DNA of 25,722 bases from Armatimonadota bacterium (GCA_016235455.1 JACRKZ010000103.1:32481-58202); one strand, 5' to 3'; shown: positions 9,665 to 19,593, counted from the first letter of the stretch. Program-made: numbers and translations. Notes: generated by a model not told the origin, from the sequence alone.

Positions 9665-11079
9665 CTGCCCACCTCCCGGCGCAACTCAACCCTGAACACT
9701 GTGCCGCCGCCTTGGCGGCGCAGTGCGGTGATCTCGCCGCCATGGGCTTCGACCAACCCGCGGCACAGGGCCAGCCCCAACCCTACACCTGCGCGCGCGC
9801 TCTCGCCCAGCCCCGGCCCGCGCCAGAACGGCTCGAAGAGGTGCGTCTCGGAGCCCAGCGGCAGGCCTGGGCCGCGATCGGCGACCTCAAACACGAAGCT
9901 GCCATAGCCGCGCCAGGCACGCACCTCGACGGGCGCCCGCGGCGGTGAGTAGCGCAGTGCGTTCTCCACCAGATTGTAGAGCACCTGGGCCATCTGCACC
10001 GGATCCACCGGCACCTCCCCCAGCCCAGGCTCCAGGCTAACCTCGACCCGCGCGCTGGATTCCGCGCTGAGCGGCTCGAGTGCACTGGCCACCACCTCCT
10101 CCACCGGTGTCGGCTCGACCATCGGGCGCCAGGCACCGGCCTCCAGTCGCGACAGCGCCAGCACATTCTCGACCATGCGGTTGAGCCGGTCGACCGCGGT
10201 GATGATGCCGCTCAGCAGCTCGCTCTGCGTGTCTTCGTCGAGCGGCTCACCAGGCGCCATGAGGCTGCCGGCGCTGGCCTTGATGGCGGCCAGAGGGCTG
10301 CGGAAGTCATGGGAGACCATGGACAACAGCGCCGTCTTCAGCCGGTCGGCCTCGTGCAGCGCCTGGGTCTGGGCCTCGACGCGCATCAGGCGATCGCGCT
10401 CGAGCACCACGCCCGCGTGCAGCGCCAGCGAGTTCACCGCGCGGCGCTCGGCCATCGACAACTCTCGGCCTGGCGGCAAGCGCAGCACGAGGTAGCCGAT
10501 CCGCTCACCGGCGCCCAACGGCAACACCAGCAGGCCGTGCTCGGCCGGGTCGAGCGCGTCACCCACCTGCGCCAGCACCTGATGCGCGCCGGCCTTCTCG
10601 CCCAGCAGCGTCGCATCGCCAGCGCCGCTGATCTGGACCACCCGGTCGAGCACGACGCGGAGCGCGTGGTCGAGATCAAGCTGCGAAGCCACCGACCAAC
10701 TGGCCTCGGCCAGCGCCGCCGCTTCCATCTCTCGCTGCCCCGCCTCTTCAGCGCGGGAGCGCAGCATGGCCGTCAACTGGCCCACCGTGATGGCCGTACA
10801 CAGGAACAGCACCAGCGCCAGCCACTCGGCGGGGTCGCTGACCGTGAACCCATGATGCGGCTGCACGAAGAACCAATCGAAGGCCAGGAAAGAGGCGATG
10901 GAGGCCGCCACCGACGGGCCGCTGCCGTAACGCACGGCCACGCCGATGACCACGAGCAGGTACAGCATGGAGTCGTTGGCGATGTGCCGCACGCTCTCCA
11001 GGGCGGCCAGCGCGGCGGTCATCGCAGCGACCCCTGCCAGCGCAACCGCGTAGCTGTAGACACACCTGGTCGTGGGCAA
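9661..11079 (-). CDS. kdpD: KdpD-like sensor histidine kinase, short form (DUF4118 4-TM, GAF-like, HisKA, HATPase)
   Basis: TM region with FDWFFVQP..FTV; H-box ALLSMVSHDFRSPL; N-box NLVENALRY; DRGPG and GLGLA boxes. TTG start with AGGAG RBS. The N-terminal KdpD and Usp domains are missing. Confidence 0.75.
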
Positions 11080-11089
11080 GGAGCAACTC

Positions 11090-13483
11090 CTACCTGGCCT
11101 GGATCGTCACGTCGTCCAGATAGACCGTCTGCGCACGGTCACCTTCGCAGATGAACCCGCACCAGTCCAGCCGGCGGAAAGCCCGGTCCGTCATCGCCAA
11201 CCCGCGGTACTCGCTGCGCTTGCCGTCGGCGTCGGTGACGACGAGGTCGAACAGGCCGTCCGCGGCCCCGCCCAGCTTCGTCGTCAGCGACAGACGGTAC
11301 CACTTGGCAGCGGCCAGCGCACACAGGTCACGCGTGCCTACGCGCAGCGCGCCATCGGCCGCCAGCCTCAGGCGTGGACCTGTCACCAGTCGGCCGTTGG
11401 GCTCGTTCTGCCGCATATCGATGCTCAGTATGGCGCCCGGCTCGAGGCGCACCGCCGTCGCGACGGTCAGCAGGCCGTCGCTCCAGCGCGTCTCGAACCA
11501 GCAGTAGGGGTAGAACGGCTTGGCCAGGCCGGGCACCTTGCTGATCTTGAGCGACTGCTTGCCCTCGGCCGCGGTCTCGTCGGTGACGCGGATGGTGCCA
11601 CCGGCCTTCACATCCTCGCCGCCCACGGCAATCGATGCGGCGCGTTGGCCCGGCTTGACCGCCTCGAAGGTCTCGTGCACCGGCGGGCTGGGCAGGTCGG
11701 GCACCGTGGGTAGCGCCATGGCGTAGATCGGGCTGGGCGTAGCAATACTGGGCCGGGTGGCCAGTTCGGCGTACGGCGTCAGCGGCCCGGCCAGCTTGAC
11801 CTGCTCGGTGGGGAAGCCCGCTTCGCCCGGCTTGATGCCGATCCAGTTGCGGCCCCAGGTCATGTCCGCCTCTTTGCATTGGTTGTAGCGAATGACCTGG
11901 TTGACGGTGCTGTGTAGCACGTTGTCGACGACCTCGAACGCCCGTGAGCCCTCGTCGAAGAAGATGGCGTTGTTGGGCGCGCGGCCCACGAACCGGCTGC
12001 GATGGATGTCGTGGATGTGATTACCGCGCAGCACGCTGCCAGGCTGGTAGCCCAGGCTGTAGAACCCGCCGCCGTCGGCCAGAAGCATCATGGCGTCGGC
12101 GATCTCGTTGTATTCCAGCGTGTTGTTGCCGTTCGACGTGGTGGTCGAGTCCCAGGCCCAGCCGAATGACACGCCGCTGTATGGCCAGCGCGCCACCAGG
12201 TTGTGATGGACCCTGTTGCGCTGGCCGAAGCCCAGCCAGATGCCCACCGCCGAGAAGTGGCCGAGTCCCCCGTCGCGGATGACGTTGTTGCCAACCTCGT
12301 TGCCCGCCGGCAGCTTAGGCTCCGTCGCCTGACGATCGGTGGTGCCCAGCAGGATGCCGCCGCCGCCCAAGTCCTCCATCAGGTTGCCGACCACGCGGTT
12401 GTCCGCGCAGCCGTCACCCAGCCGCAGCGCCGAGGCCGCCAGGTGCGCGAAGGTGCAGCGCTCCAGGCCGACCCGGCGCGCGGCACTGGCCTCGACGGCG
12501 CAACTCAGATCGATCATGGCCTGGCCTGAGCTGTAGCCCTTGGCCGGGAGGGCCCAGGCGGTGTGCGCGAAGGTCAGGCCGCTGAAGGCCACGTGCTCGA
12601 CGAACCGGCCCGCGGCCAGGTCGCCGCGCAGCTCGATGATCCGTTGCCCCACCGGCGCCACGAAGGTCAGCTGGCTCGGGTCTTCGCCGGGCTGAGCATG
12701 GTAGAGCACCTGGCCAGCGCGACGGTCGAGGTAGAAGCGGCCAGGTTGGCTGGCCAGGTTGGCGCGCACGTTCTCGATGAAGAAGGGATTCCTGCCGCCG
12801 GCATACCAGTGGCCGATGCGGTAGACCGGGTAGCCGGTGAAGCGCACGATATGGTTGGCGCGGTCGATCTCGCGGATCAGCAGTCGGCTGGCCGACCAGT
12901 CGTGCAGCGCCACCACCTCCTCGTCGCCGCCCGCCTCGATGCCGTCCAGGTCCGGGTCGCGGTAGACGAACTCGTCCTGGCTCATGCGATGCGCCTGCGT
13001 GGCGCCGGGGACGGTGGGAGCGTTGGTCAGGCCGCCGATGATGCACATGCCGCGGTCGGGCCGGTAGCGCCGCGCGAACGACACGCCGACGCGACTGACG
13101 AACAACGCGCGAAACGACCAGCCCGCGCGCGGCAACGGTGCCGACCACACCTCGCCGGCCTGCCTGCGCCAGCCGGTGATGCGCTGCCCGGCCGACAGCA
13201 CGGGTTGCTCGCCCGGCGCGGCCTCATAGCGGATGGGCGCCTCGGCGGTGCCTGAGTCGGCGGGCTCGAAGACCACCGGCGCGGTCTGCGGGTACAGCCC
13301 GCCGCGCAGACGCACGGTGATCGGCGCGGTGCGGGGCAGCCGGCGCACGGCGTCACGCGCTCCGGTCAGCGAGGCCAAGGGCTGGGCTTGGGTGCCTGGT
13401 GCGGCGTCGTTGCCGGTGGGCGCGACCCACACAAGGGTGGGGTCGGCAGAGGTGGCCAGGGCCAGTAGGACCGTGATCAGCAT
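11090..13483 (-). CDS. Secreted right-handed parallel beta-helix protein (GH141-like) with C-terminal jelly-roll/CBM-like domain
   Basis: Short signal peptide; WVAPTGNDAAPGT..PLASL..ARDAVR; LRGG.Y; DSGT..API.Y; beta-helix repeats including YSGVSFGW, DGGGFYSLG.QPG and IFFDEGS. Confidence 0.8.
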   Translation of the reverse strand: MLITVLLALATSADPTLVWVAPTGNDAAPGTQAQPLASLTGARDAVRRLPRTAPITVRLRGGLYPQTAPVVFEPADSGTAEAPIRYEAAPGEQPVLSAGQRITGWRRQAGEVWSAPLPRAGWSFRALFVSRVGVSFARRYRPDRGMCIIGGLTNAPTVPGATQAHRMSQDEFVYRDPDLDGIEAGGDEEVVALHDWSASRLLIREIDRANHIVRFTGYPVYRIGHWYAGGRNPFFIENVRANLASQPGRFYLDRRAGQVLYHAQPGEDPSQLTFVAPVGQRIIELRGDLAAGRFVEHVAFSGLTFAHTAWALPAKGYSSGQAMIDLSCAVEASAARRVGLERCTFAHLAASALRLGDGCADNRVVGNLMEDLGGGGILLGTTDRQATEPKLPAGNEVGNNVIRDGGLGHFSAVGIWLGFGQRNRVHHNLVARWPYSGVSFGWAWDSTTTSNGNNTLEYNEIADAMMLLADGGGFYSLGYQPGSVLRGNHIHDIHRSRFVGRAPNNAIFFDEGSRAFEVVDNVLHSTVNQVIRYNQCKEADMTWGRNWIGIKPGEAGFPTEQVKLAGPLTPYAELATRPSIATPSPIYAMALPTVPDLPSPPVHETFEAVKPGQRAASIAVGGEDVKAGGTIRVTDETAAEGKQSLKISKVPGLAKPFYPYCWFETRWSDGLLTVATAVRLEPGAILSIDMRQNEPNGRLVTGPRLRLAADGALRVGTRDLCALAAAKWYRLSLTTKLGGAADGLFDLVVTDADGKRSEYRGLAMTDRAFRRLDWCGFICEGDRAQTVYLDDVTIQAR

Positions 13484-13576
13484 CGGGTGCTCCGCTCCGT
13501 CTGGTTACACTTTGGACAAGGGACGGCTGAACCCTGTCGCGGTTGTCGACGTCCTGCGTGACCAATAGCGAGGACA

Positions 13577-14464
13577 ATGATGCGGTGCGTCCACCAACAA
13601 CTGCTGCTGATCGCGGCGATGGCCGGCGTCGTGCATGCTCAAGGCGCGCGTCTGCCGGACAACATCACGCTCTACCCGGATATCGAGTACGCCAAGGCCG
13701 GCGACACCTCGCTGAAGCTGGACCTCTACACCGATCCGACCGCCGGCTCCGCACAGCCCCTGATCATCTGGATCCACGGCGGCGCCTGGGCCGCGGGTGA
13801 CAAAAACCCGCCGGGCCCGGCGCTGCCCTGGCTTCGCGAGGGCTGGGCGCTGGCCAGCGTCAACTACCGGCTCAGCCAGCAAGCCGTGTGGCCCGCGCAG
13901 ATGCACGACTGCAAGGCGGCGGTGCGCTGGCTGCGCGCCCACGCGACAGAACACCGGCTCGATCCCCAGCGGTTCGTGGCCTGGGGCAGCTCCGCCGGCG
14001 GGCATCTGGTGGCGGTGCTGGGCCTGAGCGGCGACGTGGAGGAACTGGAGGGCCACCTGGGCAACCCGCGGCAATCCAGCCGTGTGCAGGCGGTCATCGA
14101 CTGGTTCGGGCCAACCGACTTCGCCCAGATGCTGGGGCAACCGTCGGCCATGGATCACGCCGCGGCAGACTCGCCCGAGTCGCGCCTGCTTGGCGCACAG
14201 GTGGCCACCGTGCCGGACCGGGTGAAGTCGGCCAACCCCATCACCTACATCAGTGACGATGACCCGCCGTTCCTGATCATGCACGGCACCAAAGACATGA
14301 CGGTGCCGTTCAACCAGAGCGAATTGCTACATGCAGCGCTGACGGCGGCGAAGCACCAGAGCACCTTCGTGCCGGTGGAAGGCGCGGGCCATGGGTTCGG
14401 CGGCCCGCAGGTGCTGACGCACGTGCGCGACTTCCTACGCCAGTGCTTCCCCGCGGCGAAGTAG
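13577..14464 (+). CDS. Secreted alpha/beta-hydrolase (HSL/BD-FAE-like acetyl esterase)
   Basis: Oxyanion HGGAW, nucleophile elbow GSSAG, HGTKD (Asp) and GAGHG (His); signal peptide; GAGGA RBS. Confidence 0.9.
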   Translation: MMRCVHQQLLLIAAMAGVVHAQGARLPDNITLYPDIEYAKAGDTSLKLDLYTDPTAGSAQPLIIWIHGGAWAAGDKNPPGPALPWLREGWALASVNYRLSQQAVWPAQMHDCKAAVRWLRAHATEHRLDPQRFVAWGSSAGGHLVAVLGLSGDVEELEGHLGNPRQSSRVQAVIDWFGPTDFAQMLGQPSAMDHAAADSPESRLLGAQVATVPDRVKSANPITYISDDDPPFLIMHGTKDMTVPFNQSELLHAALTAAKHQSTFVPVEGAGHGFGGPQVLTHVRDFLRQCFPAAK

Positions 14465-14468
14465 CGCC

Positions 14469-15545
14469 CTACCCGCCGGCGGCAAGTTCCGCCAGCCGCT
14501 CGGCCTGCTCGGCCTGGCTCAGCGCGGTGATGAACGGATCGAGCTCGCCATCGAGCACCGAGCCGAGCTGATAGAGCGTGACGCCGACGCGGTGGTCGGT
14601 GACGCGGTCCTGGGGCCAGTTGTAGGTGCGGATCTTCTCGCTGCGATCGCCGCTGCCAACCATGGTGGCGCGCTTGGCGTTGCGCTCGGAGTCCTGCCGC
14701 TCGCGCTCAATGTCATACAGCCGCGTGCGCAGGATGCGTAGCGCGCTCTCCCGATTCTGCCGCTGGCTGCGCTCGTTCTGGCACTCCACGCGAATGTCGG
14801 TAGGCGTGTGGATGAGCCGCACGGCGGTCTCGTTCTTCTGCACGTTCTGGCCGCCGGCGCCTTGGCTCAGGAAGTACTCCCAGCGCAGATCGCCCTCGTT
14901 GATCTGAACGTCGATGTCGTCCGCCTCGGGCAGCACCGCCACGGTCGCCGCGCTGGTATGGATGCGCCCACCGCTCTCGGTCTTCGGCACGCGCTGGACA
15001 CGGTGCAGACCGGCCTCGTATTTGAGCGCCGAGTAGGCGCCGAGGCCCTCGATGGAGAAGGAGATGCGCCTGAACCCACCTTGGTCGGTCGGTTCGGACT
15101 CCATCATCTCCACCTTCCAGCCGCGCCGGTCGGCGAAACGGGTGTACATGCGCGTCAGGTCGCCGGCGAACAAGGCCGCTTCGTCGCCGCCGGTGCCCGC
15201 GCGGACCTCGACGATGACGTTCCGCTCATCGGCCGGGTCCTTGGGCAGCAGGAGCACTTGCAGGCGCCCCAGCAGTTCTTGCTGCGAGGGCTCCAGTTCG
15301 GCGATCTCCAGCTCGCACAGATCGCGCATATCAGAGTCGTTGATCAGTTCGCGGGCCTGGATGAGCCGGTCCGCCTGCTCGCGGTACTGAGCATAGACGC
15401 GGACGATCTCCTCGAGGCTGGCGCGCTCCTGGCTCACCTCGCGCAGGCGCTTGCCGTCGGAGTAGACCTCGGGCCGCTCCAACTCCGCGCCCAGTTGCAC
15501 AAAGCGATCGCGCAAGGCTTCGAGTCGGGTCTCCAGGTCGGTCAT
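14469..15545 (-). CDS. prfA: Peptide chain release factor 1
   Basis: EVRAGTGGDEAALFA, HRVQRVPKTE (RF1 PxT motif), GAGGQ and RSEKIRTYN.PQDRVTDHR. The ATG at 15545 overlaps the upstream stop (TGATG). Confidence 0.96.
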   Translation of the reverse strand: MTDLETRLEALRDRFVQLGAELERPEVYSDGKRLREVSQERASLEEIVRVYAQYREQADRLIQARELINDSDMRDLCELEIAELEPSQQELLGRLQVLLLPKDPADERNVIVEVRAGTGGDEAALFAGDLTRMYTRFADRRGWKVEMMESEPTDQGGFRRISFSIEGLGAYSALKYEAGLHRVQRVPKTESGGRIHTSAATVAVLPEADDIDVQINEGDLRWEYFLSQGAGGQNVQKNETAVRLIHTPTDIRVECQNERSQRQNRESALRILRTRLYDIERERQDSERNAKRATMVGSGDRSEKIRTYNWPQDRVTDHRVGVTLYQLGSVLDGELDPFITALSQAEQAERLAELAAGG

Positions 15546-16597
15546 CAAACGGTCTCCGTCGCCGGGGTGCGCAGGCAGGTCAGTTCACCCGTCTCCTCGG
15601 CGCGGCGCACGGCGTGGAAGCTGGCCAGTGCCACCTCCACCATGTCCGAGCTGGGCTGGCGCGTGGTGATGCGCTGCATGGCCAGGCCCGGAGCGATCAG
15701 CACCTGCAGCGCCGTGGCGCTGCGGAAGCGGCCCACGAGCTTGAGCAGTTCGAAGCTCAGCCCGGCCACCAACGGCATCGCCGCCAACCGCAGCAGAATG
15801 CGCCACAGGAAGAAACTGGGCCGCGGCAGGAAGATGAACAGGACGATGCTCATCATGATGACGATGAAGGCGAAGTTCGTGCCGCATCGCGGGTGGATGA
15901 CGCTGTTGGGCATCACTTCGTCGACCGTCAGGTCACGCGGATTGGCGGGATCGCTGGCCTCCCAGGCGTTGACCACCTTGTGCTCGGCGCCATGGTAGGC
16001 AAAGACGCGGCGGATATCCGGCATCAGCCCGATGAGCCCGACGTAGCCCACGAACACGAGCAGGCGCACCGCGCCCTCGATGAGGTTGAGCACGACGTTG
16101 CTGTCGGAGCTGATGAGCCGGGTCAGCCACTGCGCCAGGGCGTGCGGCAGCACCACAAACAGCCCCATGCCGATGAGCACCGACACGCCGATGGTCCCCC
16201 ACAGCATGGGGCCGTTAAGGGCGCCAGCATCCTTGGGCGGCGGGCCGGCAGGCTCGTCCGGTTCCGTGGTGAGAAACAGCCAGGGCGCCAGCAGGCTAAC
16301 CGCGAGTTGCAGGTTGGCCGAGCGCTCCAGGCAGCGTAGGCCCAGGCCGAGCATCTCGAACAGCGAGATGATGCCGCGCAACAGCGGCACGCGGCGCAGC
16401 CAGGGCCGTTTGTTGTAGGGTGTGGCGACCAACTCGGTGTGCACGTCGATAGGCGTGCTGACGCCATGCGAGCCGTCAGGCTGCGGCAACCGGCAGGCCA
16501 CGCTGACATAGCGCGGACTGCGGATCATCACACCTTCGACGACCGCTTGGCCACCATAGGCCGGTGCTTCGCACTGGGGCTTCGACGCCTCAGCCAT
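15545..16597 (-). CDS. DUF1385 (YqhQ-like) membrane protein
   Basis: YGGQAVVEGVM, RVFAYHGAEHK, HPRCGTNF and PGLAMQRITT..P; typical rpmE-DUF1385-prfA context. Confidence 0.92.
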   Translation of the reverse strand: MAEASKPQCEAPAYGGQAVVEGVMIRSPRYVSVACRLPQPDGSHGVSTPIDVHTELVATPYNKRPWLRRVPLLRGIISLFEMLGLGLRCLERSANLQLAVSLLAPWLFLTTEPDEPAGPPPKDAGALNGPMLWGTIGVSVLIGMGLFVVLPHALAQWLTRLISSDSNVVLNLIEGAVRLLVFVGYVGLIGLMPDIRRVFAYHGAEHKVVNAWEASDPANPRDLTVDEVMPNSVIHPRCGTNFAFIVIMMSIVLFIFLPRPSFFLWRILLRLAAMPLVAGLSFELLKLVGRFRSATALQVLIAPGLAMQRITTRQPSSDMVEVALASFHAVRRAEETGELTCLRTPATETV

Positions 16598-16613
16598 GGG
16601 CGTCCTTCACCAT

Positions 16614-16847
16614 TCAGCGGCGCTTGCCGGTCGCCGGCGTCTGGCCAGCCGTCTTCTTGTACTTGCTCATGAACCGCTCAACGCGACCTTCGGTGTCGAC
16701 GATGTTCTGGCGGCCCGTGTAGAACGGGTGGCACGCGCTGCAGATATCAACGCGGATGCTGGGCTTGGTGCTGTTGGTGGTGAAGGTACTGCCACAGGCG
16801 CAGGTCACGGTCGCCTCGACGTACTTCGGATGGATATCGGGCTTCAT
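16614..16847 (-). CDS. rpmE: 50S ribosomal protein L31, zinc-binding type
   Basis: [32 protein letters not shown]. The start is placed at the ATG at 16847, which has GGAG upstream, rather than at 16865. Confidence 0.97.
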   Translation of the reverse strand: MKPDIHPKYVEATVTCACGSTFTTNSTKPSIRVDICSACHPFYTGRQNIVDTEGRVERFMSKYKKTAGQTPATGKRR

Positions 16848-16880
16848 CCGTCGACTCCAATTCATTCTTTGCGGAGGGGC

Positions 16881-16909
16881 ATTCTAGCACCGCTGCCACG
16901 ATCGGGCAA
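16881..16909 (-). promoter_or_regulatory. Sigma70-type promoter of rpmE-DUF1385-prfA
   Basis: TTGCCC-17 nt-TAGAAT with an extended -10 TG. Confidence 0.7.
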
Positions 16910-17040
16910 CCGTGGTGCGCGCATGGTTGTCCAGCCGACCGACGATCCCACCTGGCCAGGACCTGAAAACGTCGCGCTTTCGGTGGACAGGGAGGCGTCC
17001 TATGGCGCCATAATGGGACGACAGTCAAGGAGTCCGAGGC

Positions 17041-18321
17041 ATGATGAGACGAGCGGGATGGGTGTGGCTGGTGGTCGCGGCGTTTGTGCCGGGGGTTGGG
17101 CTACGCGCCCAGACCGCGTTGCCCGACCCGCCGTCGAGCCTGTGCATGACCATGCGGACCACCTTCAACCACGGTCTGCAACTGCTGGCCTCGGGCGATT
17201 TCGGCTACGCGCTGGCACACTTCGAGGGCGTCCGCCCACCCAAGCCGCTGCGCGTCTACATCAACGTCTCGGCGGCCCCGGCACAGCTGCGACGCGGCTG
17301 CTACAGCGCGGTCATCGAGGCCATGGAGGCTTGGAACAAGGCGCTGCCCGACGTGGTCTCGTTCGAGGCGACCAGCGACGAGGATCTGGCCAACGTCAAC
17401 CTGATCTACGACTACGACGTGGTGGCCAACGATACGGCCAACCCCGCCGCAGCCGGCCAGCCCCCGGCGGTGCGCCGCGTGTGCGGCATCACCAACACGC
17501 AAATGCCGTGCGCCGGCCATGAGGTAGACCGCAGCGCATTGGTGCGCATCGCCATCTTCCAGGGCGGCCTGGGCACACCGCCGCACGGCCGCCACAGCTG
17601 GCTGCATGTCGCCGCGCATGAACTGGGCCATGTGCTCGGACTCGACGAGTCGGGCAGCAACGCCGACATCATGGGTCCTGACCTGCACAGCGGCGAAGCC
17701 AGCATCGCGCCCACCGCCGACGATGCGGCGCGCGTCAAGCAGATCATCGACGCCGCGGACCGCTTCGCGGCGCTGGCGCGGGCCAAGACCAAGATCGAGG
17801 TCCCGGCGGCCTGGAACGCCAAACCCGCCGGCGCGCCCGAGCCGCCGCGCACCGGCGCCAAGCCACCGGCGGCCCGCCTGGAACCCGCGGACACCAGCCC
17901 CAAACCCGGTGAGCAGGCTCCGGCGTTTGAAGGCAAGACCGCGGACGGCAAGACGATCCGCCTCGCCGACTACCAGGGCAAGGTGCTGTTGGTCGACTTC
18001 TGGGCCACTTGGTGCGGGCCCTGCATGGCCGATCTGCCCAACCTCAAGGCACTGTTGGAGCGTTACCGCGACAAGGGCCTCGAAGTCGTGGCGGTCAGCC
18101 TGGATAGCGACGCGGCCAAACTCAAGGCCACCATGACCGACAAGGGCATGTGGTGGCCCAGCCTGTTCGATGGCCAAGGCTGGGGCAACGCCATTGCCGG
18201 ACAGTTCAACGTCAAGGCCATCCCTCAGGCGCTGCTCATCGGCAAGGAGGGCGTGATCGTGCGTCGTGAGTACCGCGCCACCAGCTTCGAGGAGGATATC
18301 CGCAAGCTGCTGGAGCTGTAG
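17041..18321 (+). CDS. Exported matrixin/metzincin-like metallopeptidase domain fused to a TlpA-like thioredoxin domain
   Basis: Signal peptide; HELGHVLGL zinc motif and DIMGP Met-turn; Pro/Ala linker; APAFEG..DGK.I.L.DY.GKVLLVDFWATWCGPC and cis-Pro motif AIP. Confidence 0.75.
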   Translation: MMRRAGWVWLVVAAFVPGVGLRAQTALPDPPSSLCMTMRTTFNHGLQLLASGDFGYALAHFEGVRPPKPLRVYINVSAAPAQLRRGCYSAVIEAMEAWNKALPDVVSFEATSDEDLANVNLIYDYDVVANDTANPAAAGQPPAVRRVCGITNTQMPCAGHEVDRSALVRIAIFQGGLGTPPHGRHSWLHVAAHELGHVLGLDESGSNADIMGPDLHSGEASIAPTADDAARVKQIIDAADRFAALARAKTKIEVPAAWNAKPAGAPEPPRTGAKPPAARLEPADTSPKPGEQAPAFEGKTADGKTIRLADYQGKVLLVDFWATWCGPCMADLPNLKALLERYRDKGLEVVAVSLDSDAAKLKATMTDKGMWWPSLFDGQGWGNAIAGQFNVKAIPQALLIGKEGVIVRREYRATSFEEDIRKLLEL

Positions 18322-18465
18322 AGCGGACGTGGGCGCGGGACGCGGGACAGAGCCAGGGCATGTGCGCCGTTACCCTCGTCCTGCGACCCGCCGCCCGCGT
18401 CACGGTGACGGCCGTTGACCCACAGGCGCACGGGTGAGTACCATGCGGGTGTGTGGAGGTGCGTC

Positions 18466-19593
18466 ATGGCCGAACCGAGCAGCCCCGTTGCGCTGATCTA
18501 CAAGGAACTGTTCGACCGCTACGAGGAGTTGAAGAACCTCGGCAAGTGGCTCGGCGGCAAGCCGCGCGTGGTGGTGGCGGGTCAGAGCCCGAGCGCGCCA
18601 GGCCAGCTCTACCGTGCGTTGCTGGGCGAGCCCGAGGCGGAGGTGGAGCAGACCGACGCCGACGCCGGCACATGGCAGGCGGTCGCCAGCTACAAGCTCG
18701 ACGACGTACCCGGCTTGGGCGCGGTGGGCGTGGCGGGCGAGGCCGAGCAGGCGCTTAGCTACCTGCGCGAAGCCGATGTGGTCCTGCTGGCGATGCCCGT
18801 GGATCAGCGACCGACCATGCTCGAGCAAGGCCTCTGGGACCACCTCAAGCGCCTCAAGCGCGTGCGCCTGGTCGTGGTCTGCGCGCCGCGACCCGCGGAC
18901 GGCGACACAGTGACCACCCCCGAACTGGACAAGGAGGCGTGGTCGCTCTGGGCACGCGAGATCCAGCGCGTGCTGGGCGACAGTGGGGCCGAAGTGCTGC
19001 CGAGTCGTTACCTGGCCGAGGACGACATGGTGGCCGTGGCCCGCGCCATCGTGAAGAGCGAGGCCCTGTCGGGCGAGGCCAAGGCCGCGCTGCCCTCGCT
19101 GATCAAGCACGCGGGCGCCCGCGACGCCCTGGTGTTGGACCAGGTGAAGAAGACGGCGGGCACCGCCGCCTGGCTGGGCTTGAGCCCGATCCCCTTCTCC
19201 GACGTGGCCGCCATCACGCCCTTGCAGGTCATTCTGGTGTGCCGCGTGGCGGCCGCCTACGGCCGCATCATCACGCCGGCGCAGGCCAAGGAGTTCATCG
19301 CGGCGGCCATTCCCGTGGCGGCCGCCGGCTTCGGCTTCCGCCTGGCGTTCCGCAAGATCGCCGGCGGCCTGGCCGAAGGCCTGCTGCCCCTGCGGCTGGG
19401 AGTCGGCGCGGGCATGGCCTGGTTGGGCACGCAAGCCGTGGGCCGGGCCGCGCAGCACTACTTCCGCGAGGCGGCGCAGCTGTCGCCAGCCGAAGCCGGG
19501 CGCCGAGCGCAGGAGGAACTGGCCCACGAACTCAAGCCCGGCAACCCGTTTGTGAGCAAGAGCGCGCCGGCCAAGAGCGGACCAGAAGCGTAA
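18466..19593 (+). CDS. DUF697/YcjF-like protein with degenerate GTPase-like N-terminal domain
   Basis: C-terminal PIPFSDVAAITPLQ..L..RVAAAYG plus Gly/Ala-rich hydrophobic helices (T.AVG.AA..YF). The ATG at 18466 has a GGAGG RBS. Confidence 0.65.
   Translation: MAEPSSPVALIYKELFDRYEELKNLGKWLGGKPRVVVAGQSPSAPGQLYRALLGEPEAEVEQTDADAGTWQAVASYKLDDVPGLGAVGVAGEAEQALSYLREADVVLLAMPVDQRPTMLEQGLWDHLKRLKRVRLVVVCAPRPADGDTVTTPELDKEAWSLWAREIQRVLGDSGAEVLPSRYLAEDDMVAVARAIVKSEALSGEAKAALPSLIKHAGARDALVLDQVKKTAGTAAWLGLSPIPFSDVAAITPLQVILVCRVAAAYGRIITPAQAKEFIAAAIPVAAAGFGFRLAFRKIAGGLAEGLLPLRLGVGAGMAWLGTQAVGRAAQHYFREAAQLSPAEAGRRAQEELAHELKPGNPFVSKSAPAKSGPEA

Noticed and set aside
16596-17522. 308-aa plus-strand ORF across rpmE
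   Set aside because: Antisense to rpmE and out of frame with the 17041 gene; spurious.
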